In this document: positions 38,504 through 47,733 of the stretch, piece after piece | Position numbering within the stretch: the stretch's first letter is position 1 | Layout: each line of letters begins with the position of its first letter | From: Terriglobia bacterium | GTDB lineage: Bacteria; Acidobacteriota; Terriglobia; 20CM-2-55-15 | Direction of reading: 5' to 3' | DNA: 64,000 bases | Assembly (NCBI GenBank): GCA_965198225.1 | Contig: CBDAOY010000008.1 | Span: 192,001-256,000 of the forward strand | Program-made: the position numbers and the translations under genes | The notes under the pieces: model-generated | What the model was told of the DNA's origin: nothing | Database searches by the model: none | Seen by the model: the letters and a program-made list of their open reading frames with translations, nothing else

Positions 38504-39472
38504 TCAATTCAAGGCAAAGCAGTAGAACAGGCCGTCGCCGCCAGAGCCGCGAAGGTCTTCCTGGCTGCAGCCTCTGGAGGGGTGGGCCGAATTCCACGAG
38601 CTTCCGCTGTCGCCCCCACCCTGGCGGTCGTGATGGCCGACCATGGCGTTGCCTTCGCCGTTGCTCGTCCAGTTGTCGCAGGTCATGCCGACCGCCGCCG
38701 TTCCGTCCGGCAGGGAACCGGTCAGGATGTCGTGCCGGTTGGGATCATCTCCCCGGCCGCTGATCATCTCGCCCCGTTCGTTGATCGCCATCTCCTTGCT
38801 CAGAAAGTTCCCGGCGTGCAGGCCCACGGCGCCGCGGGCGATCATGCTCCCATTGGCGTTGTGCCACGGTCCGCTGCCGATCCGGTCGCCGGCGTTGATC
38901 GCCGGCTCGTCTCCGAAGCTCGTGCTGAGGTAGGCGCGCCAGCTCTTCTCGCCTGCCCCCACCTCTGCAGCCAACGACTGGCAGTGACGGTCGGCTCCAG
39001 CCAGGCCGCCCAGACGGCCGCCGCCACCGGGTCCCTCGCTCGTCACGAAAAAGCTGAGAGTGTTACTCGGCTCGGGTACTTCCTCCTCTTCGCCGGTATC
39101 GATCGCCAGAGCTACCAGGTCGATGAGAAACTTCTCCCCCTCACGCTCGAGAACCGCATATTGGCTTTCAGGATCCGAGAAGTAGAAAACCTTCCCGTCG
39201 GCAAGCTCGGCTGTTTCAACTTCGAAACGGTCCGGAAAGTTCGCCCGGATCATGGGCGTCATGACGTGGTCCGCTGCTTCGACGGCGGAGCCGAATTCGT
39301 TTCGCTGGCCCCCACCGTTGGGATCGACATGACAGGTGACACATCCGTCTACGTCGGCACGCCGGAACGGATCCGCCCGGAAGACCTCGAGATATGCCGG
39401 ATGGGAGATGACAGGTTCAACCAGCCAGATGAGAAGAGTCAGCGACACAAAAACCCCGGCAATTCGAATCAT
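38504..39472 (-). CDS. Exported monohaem cytochrome c fused to an endostatin/lectin-like (DUF1554-like) domain
   Basis: Signal peptide; CVTCH; C-terminal FFVTS..GGLAGADRHCQ.LA, WRAYLS, HDILTGS and GLFYCFA. Confidence 0.7.
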   Translation of the reverse strand: MIRIAGVFVSLTLLIWLVEPVISHPAYLEVFRADPFRRADVDGCVTCHVDPNGGGQRNEFGSAVEAADHVMTPMIRANFPDRFEVETAELADGKVFYFSDPESQYAVLEREGEKFLIDLVALAIDTGEEEEVPEPSNTLSFFVTSEGPGGGGRLGGLAGADRHCQSLAAEVGAGEKSWRAYLSTSFGDEPAINAGDRIGSGPWHNANGSMIARGAVGLHAGNFLSKEMAINERGEMISGRGDDPNRHDILTGSLPDGTAAVGMTCDNWTSNGEGNAMVGHHDRQGGGDSGSSWNSAHPSRGCSQEDLRGSGGDGLFYCFALN

Positions 39473-39592
39473 ACTACCTCCTCGACATTCCTTACACGCG
39501 ACATGTTCGACCGTTTGGGAGCACCCAGTCTAAGGTAAACGGGAGGGCACAGCAACCCCGGGACATCAAACCCGTGGATTTCATTCGGCCTC

Positions 39593-39623
39593 AAAAAAAC
39601 AGCCCCCGATGAGCGGGGGCTGT
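39593..39623 (-). terminator. Intrinsic terminator after the ankyrin gene
   Basis: ACAGCCCCCG hairpin with an A7 run on the + strand (T7 on the -). Confidence 0.75.
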
Positions 39624-39660
39624 GGCTGTTCGCCAGTTGTAGTTCTTCTATGTAATGCCT

Positions 39661-41295
39661 CTATCGAGGGTTCGGTTGCTTCTTGTCTTCTGGCACCTCG
39701 ATTACTCGCTTGATGGTACCGAGTATTTCCTCGTCGTCGACCTGGATGAGCTCCGGTGCACCGAACTCCCTCAGGAGGGCAACGGTCTCGGGGTGTTTCA
39801 GCGGGACGCTGCTCCGAAGGTACGGGCCATTCGCCATGTCCGTCACCGACCAACCAAGGTGGGTTCGGACATCCAACCGGGCACCCTTCTCGACGAGGTA
39901 GGAGACCAGCTCATTGTCACCTCTCCAGGCTGCGCCCATCAAAGCGGTGTAGCCGGCGGTGGTGTGCTCAGCATTCACGTCGACTCCGACCTCCTCGACC
40001 AGATACCGGGCGGTAGTGAGGAACGCGTCCGGCGCGTTGACGCTGAAGTTGCCCGTCCAGCCGACGCCGGCCGCGGCCATCAGCGGCGTCGTATTCTCGT
40101 CGGACGGAATCTGTCCGTCAGCGCCATAAGCCACCAGCAGTTTGACCGCCTCGAGGTCGGTTGACTGCGCGGCTCGCCAGAGCGGCGTCGTTCCGGCCCA
40201 TTCGACCCACCGTTGGGCGTGATGGGGCGGGTTGTACCAGGGAGTCTTGGCGATCTTGGCATTCGGGTCGGCGCCTCGGTCCAACAGCATCTTCATCAAC
40301 TCCAGATGGGTCACCTTCTGCTGGACGATGCCCGAATCGGTCGTAGACGCCGTTGGCGTCCAGGCCACCGGAGCCCATCGGCTCGCCACCACGGCGTATA
40401 GCGGTGTCAAACCCTCGATCTCGGTCGCGTTGGGATCTGCGCCGTGATCGAGTAGGTACTTTGCGATGTCGTACCGACCGTTGATCGTCGCAACGATCAG
40501 CGGCGTCGTGCGGTCCACCGGATTGATCCGATCGACGTCAGCTCCAACCTCGACCAGGGCGCGCACGGTGTCGATCAAGCCCCCGCGGGCGGCGTAATGT
40601 AAGGCAGTCATGCCACCCATACCGGTAACCCTGCCTTCACCCCGGGGTCTTGTTCGCGTGATGCCGGTCCGGGACGGGGCCGGTATCGGGTTGCCCTCCT
40701 CGTCAACGAGGTCGTTGCCGACCGGGACCATCTTGCTGATTGCGTCCAGGTCTGCGCCGCGCTTCGCCAGGAGCCGGACTACGGGTGCACGGTCCAGACC
40801 GGCCGCAAACATCAGCGCTGTCTGTTCGCGAGCCCTTTCCCGGACGTCCAGGCTCGCCCCGTTGTCGAGCAGGTGAGTCACCGCGTCCACGCTGCCCGAG
40901 GCGGCCGCCTTCATGAGGACGGTCGTTCCCAGTTCGTTCGTGGCGTTGGCATCGGCCCCGGCGTCGACCAGCATCTCGATCATGGACGCGCTCCCGTTCG
41001 TTGCCGCCAGAAAGAGCGGCACGATCGAGCCAAGGCGGGTTCCGCGCTCGACATCCGCGCCGGCGTCGAGCAGCAAGCGTGCCATCTCGAGGTTATCTTT
41101 GTGGGCGGCCCAATGCAGCGCCGTCATACCGTCGCCCTGGTCTACATTGACGTCGGCGCCCCCTTCGAGCTGGGACCGCACCGCATCGATGTCGCCCCGC
41201 ATGGCCGCGTCCGCAAGATCGGTGGCGGGGGCTGCTGCCATCACCAGCGACATACAGACCACGCAAAGCCCGACGAGTAAACTTCTTGCTAACAT
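39661..41295 (-). CDS. Secreted ankyrin-repeat protein (module copy 1)
   Basis: Signal peptide; multiple G.T[AP]LH.AA / LL..GAD.N repeats. Confidence 0.92.
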   Translation of the reverse strand: MLARSLLVGLCVVCMSLVMAAAPATDLADAAMRGDIDAVRSQLEGGADVNVDQGDGMTALHWAAHKDNLEMARLLLDAGADVERGTRLGSIVPLFLAATNGSASMIEMLVDAGADANATNELGTTVLMKAAASGSVDAVTHLLDNGASLDVRERAREQTALMFAAGLDRAPVVRLLAKRGADLDAISKMVPVGNDLVDEEGNPIPAPSRTGITRTRPRGEGRVTGMGGMTALHYAARGGLIDTVRALVEVGADVDRINPVDRTTPLIVATINGRYDIAKYLLDHGADPNATEIEGLTPLYAVVASRWAPVAWTPTASTTDSGIVQQKVTHLELMKMLLDRGADPNAKIAKTPWYNPPHHAQRWVEWAGTTPLWRAAQSTDLEAVKLLVAYGADGQIPSDENTTPLMAAAGVGWTGNFSVNAPDAFLTTARYLVEEVGVDVNAEHTTAGYTALMGAAWRGDNELVSYLVEKGARLDVRTHLGWSVTDMANGPYLRSSVPLKHPETVALLREFGAPELIQVDDEEILGTIKRVIEVPEDKKQPNPR

Positions 41296-41328
41296 GTATC
41301 TTCCCCTTGTGTTTGGACTTTCCTGGCG

Positions 41329-42708
41329 TCAGATAGAGATTTCCTCTCCGGTGCTGTCGCCGATTTCGGTTATATCAACCCCGAGCCTGTGCAGGACGGT
41401 CAGCCAGAGATTTGCCAGGGGAGTTCCTTCCTCGTTCTTGACATGGAGGTTGCCCCGGACCTGTCCGCTGGCGTGGCCGGCAAGGAATATCGGTAGCCGC
41501 AGGTGTTCGTGAACGTGGGAGTCTCCCATGGGACTGCCGTACACGACGAGAGAGTGGTCTAAGAGATTCCCGTCGCCGTCGGGGGTGTTTCTGAGCTTTT
41601 CCAGAAACGGCGCCACCCGGCTGACGTGATACTCGTTCAGCTGGGCGAACTCCGTGATCTTGTCGGGAAGGGAGCCGTGATGCGAAGCCGAATGGAACGG
41701 TGTCGTCACTCCGCTTTCCGGATAGATCGCCGAACTGACGTCCATCGCCATCTTGAAGGCCGAGACGCGGGTGGTCTCGGTCATGAAGGCCAGTGCCTGC
41801 AGATCCCACATCAGGCTCACATGTTCCTCGAACGAATCGGGCACGCCGACCGGAGCGTCCGGCAACGACCGCTCTCCGGACTGGTCGCTGTTGTACTGCT
41901 CGATCTTCTCTATCCGCCGCTCGATCTCGCGCACGTCTTCGAGATACTGACTGAGCCGGCTGCGGTCGCTCGGCGACAGATCCTTCGCGAGGCGGGTAAC
42001 CGACTGCGTGATCCGGTCCAGAACGCTGTTCTGCTCCCGGAGTCGCAACGCGCGCTCCTCGGCCGAGCCGCCGGCGCCGAACAAACGCTCGAAGACCACG
42101 CGTGGGTTTCTTTCCAGGGGCAGAGGACTTGTCGCGTCAGCCCAGCTGATCGTGTAGGAGTAGACGCAGGAATAGCCGTAGCCGCACGATCCCTTCAGCG
42201 AACCGCCGTCTTCGATGCCCAGCTGAATGGACGGCAAGGGGGTGTCCTGGCCGTGTGCTTGAGCGTAAAGCTGGTCTATCGACGGACCGCAATAGAAATC
42301 CGCACCCTCGGTCATCTTGGGCTTCGCGGCAGTCAGGAAGGTTGCGGCGGCACGCGTATGGTCGGCCCCCTCCTCCTTCAGTGAATGTGCCCTGGCGTTC
42401 TCGAGATCCGTGTTCGTGACGATCGTGAGATAGTCCTGGTACGGCTCCAGCGACTTCAACGTCGGCGTGATCTCGAAATCCGAGCCTTCCTTGGCGGGCG
42501 ACCAGAGGTTCAGCTTCTGGCCTGTTCGGGTGCTGCCACCCGCTCCATGCACGATTTCTATCGTACAGAGGCGGGATTTCGGAACCGCGGCCGTCTGACG
42601 CAATGGCGTCGCTGCCGGCGCCATTGCTTCCAGAAACGGCAACGCCACGGCAGCGCCCATGCCGCGGAGGACCGTGCGGCGGGACATGTGCTTCTTGGTG
42701 ATAAACAT
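41329..42708 (-). CDS. DUF1552 (HxxSHH) family Tat protein (module copy 1)
   Basis: SRRTVLRGMGAAVALPFLE, P.VVFERLFG and FHSASHH. Confidence 0.9.
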   Translation of the reverse strand: MFITKKHMSRRTVLRGMGAAVALPFLEAMAPAATPLRQTAAVPKSRLCTIEIVHGAGGSTRTGQKLNLWSPAKEGSDFEITPTLKSLEPYQDYLTIVTNTDLENARAHSLKEEGADHTRAAATFLTAAKPKMTEGADFYCGPSIDQLYAQAHGQDTPLPSIQLGIEDGGSLKGSCGYGYSCVYSYTISWADATSPLPLERNPRVVFERLFGAGGSAEERALRLREQNSVLDRITQSVTRLAKDLSPSDRSRLSQYLEDVREIERRIEKIEQYNSDQSGERSLPDAPVGVPDSFEEHVSLMWDLQALAFMTETTRVSAFKMAMDVSSAIYPESGVTTPFHSASHHGSLPDKITEFAQLNEYHVSRVAPFLEKLRNTPDGDGNLLDHSLVVYGSPMGDSHVHEHLRLPIFLAGHASGQVRGNLHVKNEEGTPLANLWLTVLHRLGVDITEIGDSTGEEISI

Positions 42709-42789
42709 ACGGTGCTCCTTTTAGCTCTTGAATATGTCTACGCTCGGTTTCTGACCGATCTACAACCGGATCTAAAATGGAGGGCGCGC

Positions 42790-45270
42790 CTACGGCACCC
42801 GTCCAGCGGCGGCGTCGAGGCCAGCCGCATCTACCGTTGGTGACTCCGCTCTTTTCAACCGGAATGGCGGGCTTTCCACGATACCCATGACGATGGATGT
42901 GAACCGATAGTCGTTCCCGGCCGCTTCTCGTTCGATCTGGCGAATCACGGGCATATCGACGTGTGTGACCCCGCGGCCCAGCGCGTAGGTCGTGAGGCGG
43001 ACGATGAAATTCCTCACAATCGAACCCTCATATTTCATCAGGGCCTGGCGAAGACTGGCAGGGCCGTTCACCTTGGTGCCGTCCACCAACTCGGACGACG
43101 GATCGACGGGGTAGCCACTGTCGAGATCGCGCCAGACTCCAATGGCGTCGAAGTTCTCGAGCGCCATGCCTATCGGATCGATGATCTTGTGACACGAGGC
43201 GCACGGTTCGACCATGCGGTGCTTCTCCAGACGCTCGCGCACCGATTGCAGCCTTACGGCGTCACCCCCAACCACGTTGTTTTCCTCCAGCTCAGGGACA
43301 ACGGGGGGGGGTACTGGGGGGGGCACACCCAGAATCTGTTCCAGAACCCACTTGCCGCGCACCACCGGGGATGTCCGATTCGAGAACGACGTGACGGTCA
43401 AAATGCCGCCGTGGCCCAGGAGCCCGAAACGGTTTTCATCGGTCAGCGTCACTCGCCGGAATCTGCTTCCGAGGACGTTGGGTATCCCGTAGTGCTTCGC
43501 GAGGCGTTCATCGACGAACGTATAGTTCGCCGTCAGCAGTTCGAACACGCTGCGATCCTCGCGCATGATGTGGTCGAAGAGGAGTTCCGTTTCGCGCCTC
43601 ATCGATTCGAAGAGATTCTCGTCGGAGTCGGGATACAGGTAGACGTCGGGAAGCACGTCCCTCAGATTGCGCAAAAGCAGCCACTGCACGGCGAAATTTG
43701 TCGCCAGCGATTCGGCGCGCGGGTCAGCCAGCATGCGCCGCACCTGCTGCTCGAGCACCGCGGGGTCGGAGAGCCTTCCTTCCCCGGCGACGGAAACGAG
43801 TTCATCGTCGGGCGTCGAACTCCACAGGAAATGCGACAGCCGGGAAGCCAGCTCCAGGTCGCTGATGGGATAGGCGGCGCCCGGGGCGACACCGGCCGGC
43901 GCGCGTTCGAAGCGGAAAACAAATTCGGGGTTCGCGATGATGAACTGCACGGCCAGACGGATTCCCGAGTCGAAGTCTCCGAGCCCGCGACCGTCATAGT
44001 ATGCCGCCATCAACTCTTCGAGGTGTTCCCCCGTCAATGGCTTCCGAAACGCCTGCTGCGCCAGCGTCGTGACGATCCGACGGGCGCACGGCTCCTCCTC
44101 GTCCGGGGTCGCCGGCTGGCAGACCAGAATCTTCCGGCGGCTCGGCATGTCGCTCACACCGGTCGCATTGTGCGGACCCTCGATCACTAGATCCGCCAGG
44201 TGCACCAGCGTTGTCACTCCAAAAGCCTGGCCGAGGAAATCATCTCTCAAGCTGCGTTCCGGCTGGTGCATGAAGTCGTCGATGGGACCGTCGGCCTTCG
44301 TGATGAACGAAGCTGTGACCCTTTGCGGTCCCGCCTCCACTCGAACCGGGTCCGTTCGAAAGTCGTTTTCACCGGCCAGCAGCAGCGGGTCGATGTCAAA
44401 CAGCCCGACCCTCTCGCCGTTAACGGTCACCTCGAGTTGCTCGCCCTCGCCGGTGCTCCCGAACAGAAACGTGTTTCTCGTGAAGTAGAGTGACATCCTG
44501 AAGACATATTCCGCGTCGGCCGGGAAGTTGTGCACGATGGCCATGCCTCCGCGCGTCCCGAATGGCGTGCCTTCAATGTGACGAAGCTGGGAAAAGGTCG
44601 TTGGGATTTTGTACGGCTCGACAGTGGACGACATCTCGGCATCGCCGATTGCAAGACGGCTGATCTTCCCGGCCGCTCGGACGTATGATTCCATCAGCGT
44701 CGGGTTCGATGTCAGGACATCCGCGATGTTGTCGAAGCCGTATGTCATGTTGTCGGCCGGCAGGAGCGATTCCACGTCGATGTCCAGTTCGAGAAGGTCG
44801 CGGATGGAGTTGCTGTATTCGGTTCGGTTGAGCCGATAAAGGGCCGGCCGGCCGGGGTTCGGTTCGGCCAGGGCAACTCGGTCGATGTTCCCTTCGAGTG
44901 CGTCAACGAAGGACTGGACGGTGTCCCACTCCGGCCGCGGCATTCCGGCCGGGGGCATCATGCCTCCTCGCAGCTTGAGAATGATCTCTTCGGCCAGCTC
45001 TGCGTTCTGGTCGGGATGCGACAGGTCAATGTCGGAGAGTGAGAAATCTCCCGTTCGCAGGTCGTCGTCGTGGCAGGAGCCGCAATACTGTTCGGCAAAT
45101 CCCCGTTGTGATTCCACCGACATCGTTCCGGCTGCTTGAGATGCCGTAGTCATCCCCGATGGACTGGTTGCCGTCGGGACGCCATTCACCGTGGCGAACG
45201 TCATCGACGTTTGTGCCAGCACCAGAGCTGCCAATAAGACCAAACCACCGAGAATCCAAACTCTCTTCAT
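42790..45270 (-). CDS. PSD/PSCyt (DUF1587/1595/1592/1588/1585) dihaem protein (module copy 1)
   Basis: CGSCH, RLNRTEYSNSIRDLL, ELASRLSHFLWSS.PD, RTSPVVRGKWV and CASCH..IDPIG.ALENFD. Confidence 0.92.
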   Translation of the reverse strand: MKRVWILGGLVLLAALVLAQTSMTFATVNGVPTATSPSGMTTASQAAGTMSVESQRGFAEQYCGSCHDDDLRTGDFSLSDIDLSHPDQNAELAEEIILKLRGGMMPPAGMPRPEWDTVQSFVDALEGNIDRVALAEPNPGRPALYRLNRTEYSNSIRDLLELDIDVESLLPADNMTYGFDNIADVLTSNPTLMESYVRAAGKISRLAIGDAEMSSTVEPYKIPTTFSQLRHIEGTPFGTRGGMAIVHNFPADAEYVFRMSLYFTRNTFLFGSTGEGEQLEVTVNGERVGLFDIDPLLLAGENDFRTDPVRVEAGPQRVTASFITKADGPIDDFMHQPERSLRDDFLGQAFGVTTLVHLADLVIEGPHNATGVSDMPSRRKILVCQPATPDEEEPCARRIVTTLAQQAFRKPLTGEHLEELMAAYYDGRGLGDFDSGIRLAVQFIIANPEFVFRFERAPAGVAPGAAYPISDLELASRLSHFLWSSTPDDELVSVAGEGRLSDPAVLEQQVRRMLADPRAESLATNFAVQWLLLRNLRDVLPDVYLYPDSDENLFESMRRETELLFDHIMREDRSVFELLTANYTFVDERLAKHYGIPNVLGSRFRRVTLTDENRFGLLGHGGILTVTSFSNRTSPVVRGKWVLEQILGVPPPVPPPVVPELEENNVVGGDAVRLQSVRERLEKHRMVEPCASCHKIIDPIGMALENFDAIGVWRDLDSGYPVDPSSELVDGTKVNGPASLRQALMKYEGSIVRNFIVRLTTYALGRGVTHVDMPVIRQIEREAAGNDYRFTSIVMGIVESPPFRLKRAESPTVDAAGLDAAAGRVP

Positions 45271-45398
45271 GAACGTATCCCCGTCGGCTGTCGCCTGTCG
45301 AAGGCCCTGGGTTCGAGGGCAAGACGCGTCTCACGATTGCGCACACCCCGCCCCCAGGAATTTGCATAGAACAAAATATATAGAGTAACCCGTCGACG

Positions 45399-45427
45399 AT
45401 TATAGAAGGCATGCTACCGATCTACAA
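45399..45427 (-). promoter_or_regulatory. Candidate sigma70 promoter for module copy 1
   Basis: TTGTAG-N17-TATAAT on the minus strand. Confidence 0.55.
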
Positions 45428-45471
45428 CAAAATATAGGGGGAAAAAGAGGCGTTAGGCCGCTGCGCGGCCA

Positions 45472-45950
45472 GTAGGCCGTAGGCCGTTGATGTGTTGCTC
45501 GGCGCGGTTTGGTCGGTAACTGGCGAGGGGCGAGTTTGTTCCGTAGGCCGTAGGCCGTTGATGTGTTGCTTAACGACAAGCTGCTGGTGACTGGCGAGGT
45601 GTGGACGGCAAGACCAAATGGTGTCGGACAATTAGGTAAAATACGTCGCCAGTCACCAACCGATCCTCGCTGGGTCGAAACCACAACGGCCTACGGCCTA
45701 CGAAAGACGGGCGGGACGGGGAAGTGACAAGTGACGAGTCAAAATTGACCAGTAAGAGCGTTGGGCCGCTGGGCGGACGAGTCAAAATTGACCACGTAGG
45801 CCGTAGGCCGTTGATGCGTTGCTTACTGACAAGCCGCGGGTAACTGGCGAGGCGTGGACGGCAAGACCACAATGCTGCAATAGGCAAAATGCGTCGCCAG
45901 TCACCAACAGATCCTCGCTGGGCCGAAACCACAACGGCCTACGGCCTACG
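45472..45950. repeat. Second palindromic repeat family: two ~160-bp copies (45542-45702, 45795-45950) plus a partial copy
   Basis: 19-bp perfect terminal IR CGTAGGCCGTAGGCCGTTG...CAACGGCCTACGGCCTACG and inner IR GGTGACTGGCGA...TCGCCAGTCACC. Confidence 0.85.
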
Positions 45951-46000
45951 AAAGACGGGCGGATGACGGGACGGGAAGTGACGATGACGAGTGAGAAGGT

Positions 46001-46066
46001 GTAGGTGGGCTCTATGAGCGCACGTCGTTTCGGCTCGAAGAATGTGCGGTCATAGACCGCACCTAC
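46001..46066. repeat. Single REPIN doublet
   Basis: GTAGGTGGGCTCTATGAGCGCAC ... GTGCGGTCATAGACCGCACCTAC. Confidence 0.85.
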
Positions 46067-46091
46067 ACTTCCTTTACGTCGCAGCAGCTTT

Positions 46092-47249
46092 TCAGGCGCT
46101 GCGGTAAAGTTTGGTGAGGACAAATTCCTCGTGTCCGAGTACCTCCGCCGCCGTCCGTCTTCCGTTCATCGTGCGGACCAGCATGTCGATCAATGCGTCG
46201 CCGGCCTGATCGAGATTCATTTCACGGCGCAGGATGCCGCTGATGTCGACGTCGATGTGCTCCGACATGGTTTCCACGGTGATCGGGTTGGCGGTGGTCT
46301 TGATGACCGGGATGATCGGATGGCCGACGATGTTTCCCTGACCCGTCGTGAAGAAATGGACGACCGACCCGGCGGCGGCCCACAGAGTGATCGCTTCCGC
46401 CGCCGCCGATGAAGTGTCCATAAACCACAGCCCCGGGCCCGTGGGTGCTTCGGCGGGCTTCAGGACCCCGATATACTTCGTCTTACCGATTTTCTGAAGG
46501 TTCCCGAGCGCCTTCTCTTCGATCGTCGTCAACCCGCCCGTGATGTTTCCCTTGGTGGGCTGGGATCCCAGCAGATCCACGCCCTGGCCCACTATGAAGT
46601 CGTTGTAGTCGCTCCAGGTCTTGTAGAACGCCTCCTGAACTTCAGGGGTTGCGCCTTGCGCCTTAGCGATTTCCTCGGCGCCCGTAATCTCCGAGGTTTC
46701 GCCGAACATGAATGTCGTTCCCATGGGAACGATTCTGTCCACGACGTTACCGATGGCGGGATTGGAGGCAAGCCCGGATGTCGTGTCCGATTCGCCGCAC
46801 TTCGTCGACAGGGTGAGATCCTCGAAGGTGCACTCGGTCCGTTCCTGCTCCGACGCCCACTGTACGAATTCCATCGCTTTTCGCGACGCCATCTCGACGG
46901 TCTTGAGATCGCCGTGGCGCTCGATGGCAAACCCGGCAACCGGTTTGCCGGTTTTCGCGATGCCGTCGACGAGCCGCTGGGTCCAGATGGGCTCGATGCC
47001 GATGACCACGCAAGCCGCCACGTTCGGGTTGGCGCCCGTACCAATCAAAGTGTCGAAGTACAGTTCCAGATCCTCGCCAAACTGCAGTCGGCCGTACGGG
47101 TGAGGCAGGGCGATAGTGCCGCGAATATGACTGGCAACCGCTTCACAGGCAGAGTTCGACAGGTCGTCGAGCGGAAGAATCACCACGTGATTTCGAACCC
47201 CGACGGTGCCGTTGCCGCGTCGATACCCTTGGAAGACAATCTTCTCCAT
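46092..47249 (-). CDS. suyB: UxaA-family large subunit, (2R)-sulfolactate sulfo-lyase beta-like
   Basis: [39 protein letters not shown] and [12 protein letters not shown]. Split architecture with a separate SAF subunit. Start ATG 47249. Confidence 0.8.
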   Translation of the reverse strand: MEKIVFQGYRRGNGTVGVRNHVVILPLDDLSNSACEAVASHIRGTIALPHPYGRLQFGEDLELYFDTLIGTGANPNVAACVVIGIEPIWTQRLVDGIAKTGKPVAGFAIERHGDLKTVEMASRKAMEFVQWASEQERTECTFEDLTLSTKCGESDTTSGLASNPAIGNVVDRIVPMGTTFMFGETSEITGAEEIAKAQGATPEVQEAFYKTWSDYNDFIVGQGVDLLGSQPTKGNITGGLTTIEEKALGNLQKIGKTKYIGVLKPAEAPTGPGLWFMDTSSAAAEAITLWAAAGSVVHFFTTGQGNIVGHPIIPVIKTTANPITVETMSEHIDVDISGILRREMNLDQAGDALIDMLVRTMNGRRTAAEVLGHEEFVLTKLYRSA

Positions 47250-47251
47250 CG

Positions 47252-47530
47252 CTACCACCTCGTAGTCTTCAGGTTGTGGGTGTGGACATGATCCCCGACC
47301 TCGAAGCTCTCTGACGCGATGCCGATGCTCACGCCGTACTTGATGACCTCTTCTCCCTTTCCTCGGGGGCTGATGGCGATCTTGTGGCCGAGTGGAATGT
47401 CCTCGGTCGCGGTCAGGGTCGACGTGGAGTCGTCCTCCATGGTCCAACCCTCCACCGATTCACCTTTCTTGAGATCGACCACCGCAACGCCCACCTGGTC
47501 CACCGTGTTGTGTCGAATGAATCCGATCAT
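47252..47530 (-). CDS. suyA: SAF-domain small subunit, sulfolactate sulfo-lyase alpha-like
   Basis: 92 aa: [25 protein letters not shown] and [11 protein letters not shown]. Confidence 0.8.
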   Translation of the reverse strand: MIGFIRHNTVDQVGVAVVDLKKGESVEGWTMEDDSTSTLTATEDIPLGHKIAISPRGKGEEVIKYGVSIGIASESFEVGDHVHTHNLKTTRW

Positions 47531-47733
47531 TGTTGAAGTTTCCTCGCTGGTCAGTCTGGCGCATCGCCCCGCTCCGTTGATCCGGCGGTACCGGAAGAGC
47601 GTAAACCCCGGCAGCCAGGCGGGGAAAAGCGGCGACATCGTAGCACAGGTGTCGGAACCCGCCGCGCCAAATCAGTTGAATCGTCAGCCGGAAACCCGCC
47701 GGCCATCAGCGTCGCGAAGCCCACCGCCGCGGC

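Noticed and set aside
43303-43323. G9/G8 homopolymers as a phase-variation switch in the PSD gene
   Set aside because: They encode the conserved Pro-rich PPPVPPP segment in frame. The paralog has the equivalent peptide without long runs.
46092-47638. ORF-track starts at 47447 and 47638; annotation as altronate dehydratase UxaA
   Set aside because: The extensions overlap the neighbouring gene or lack an RBS. The split SAF + catalytic architecture and the [15 protein letters not shown] motifs fit SuyAB better, although the substrate is unproven.
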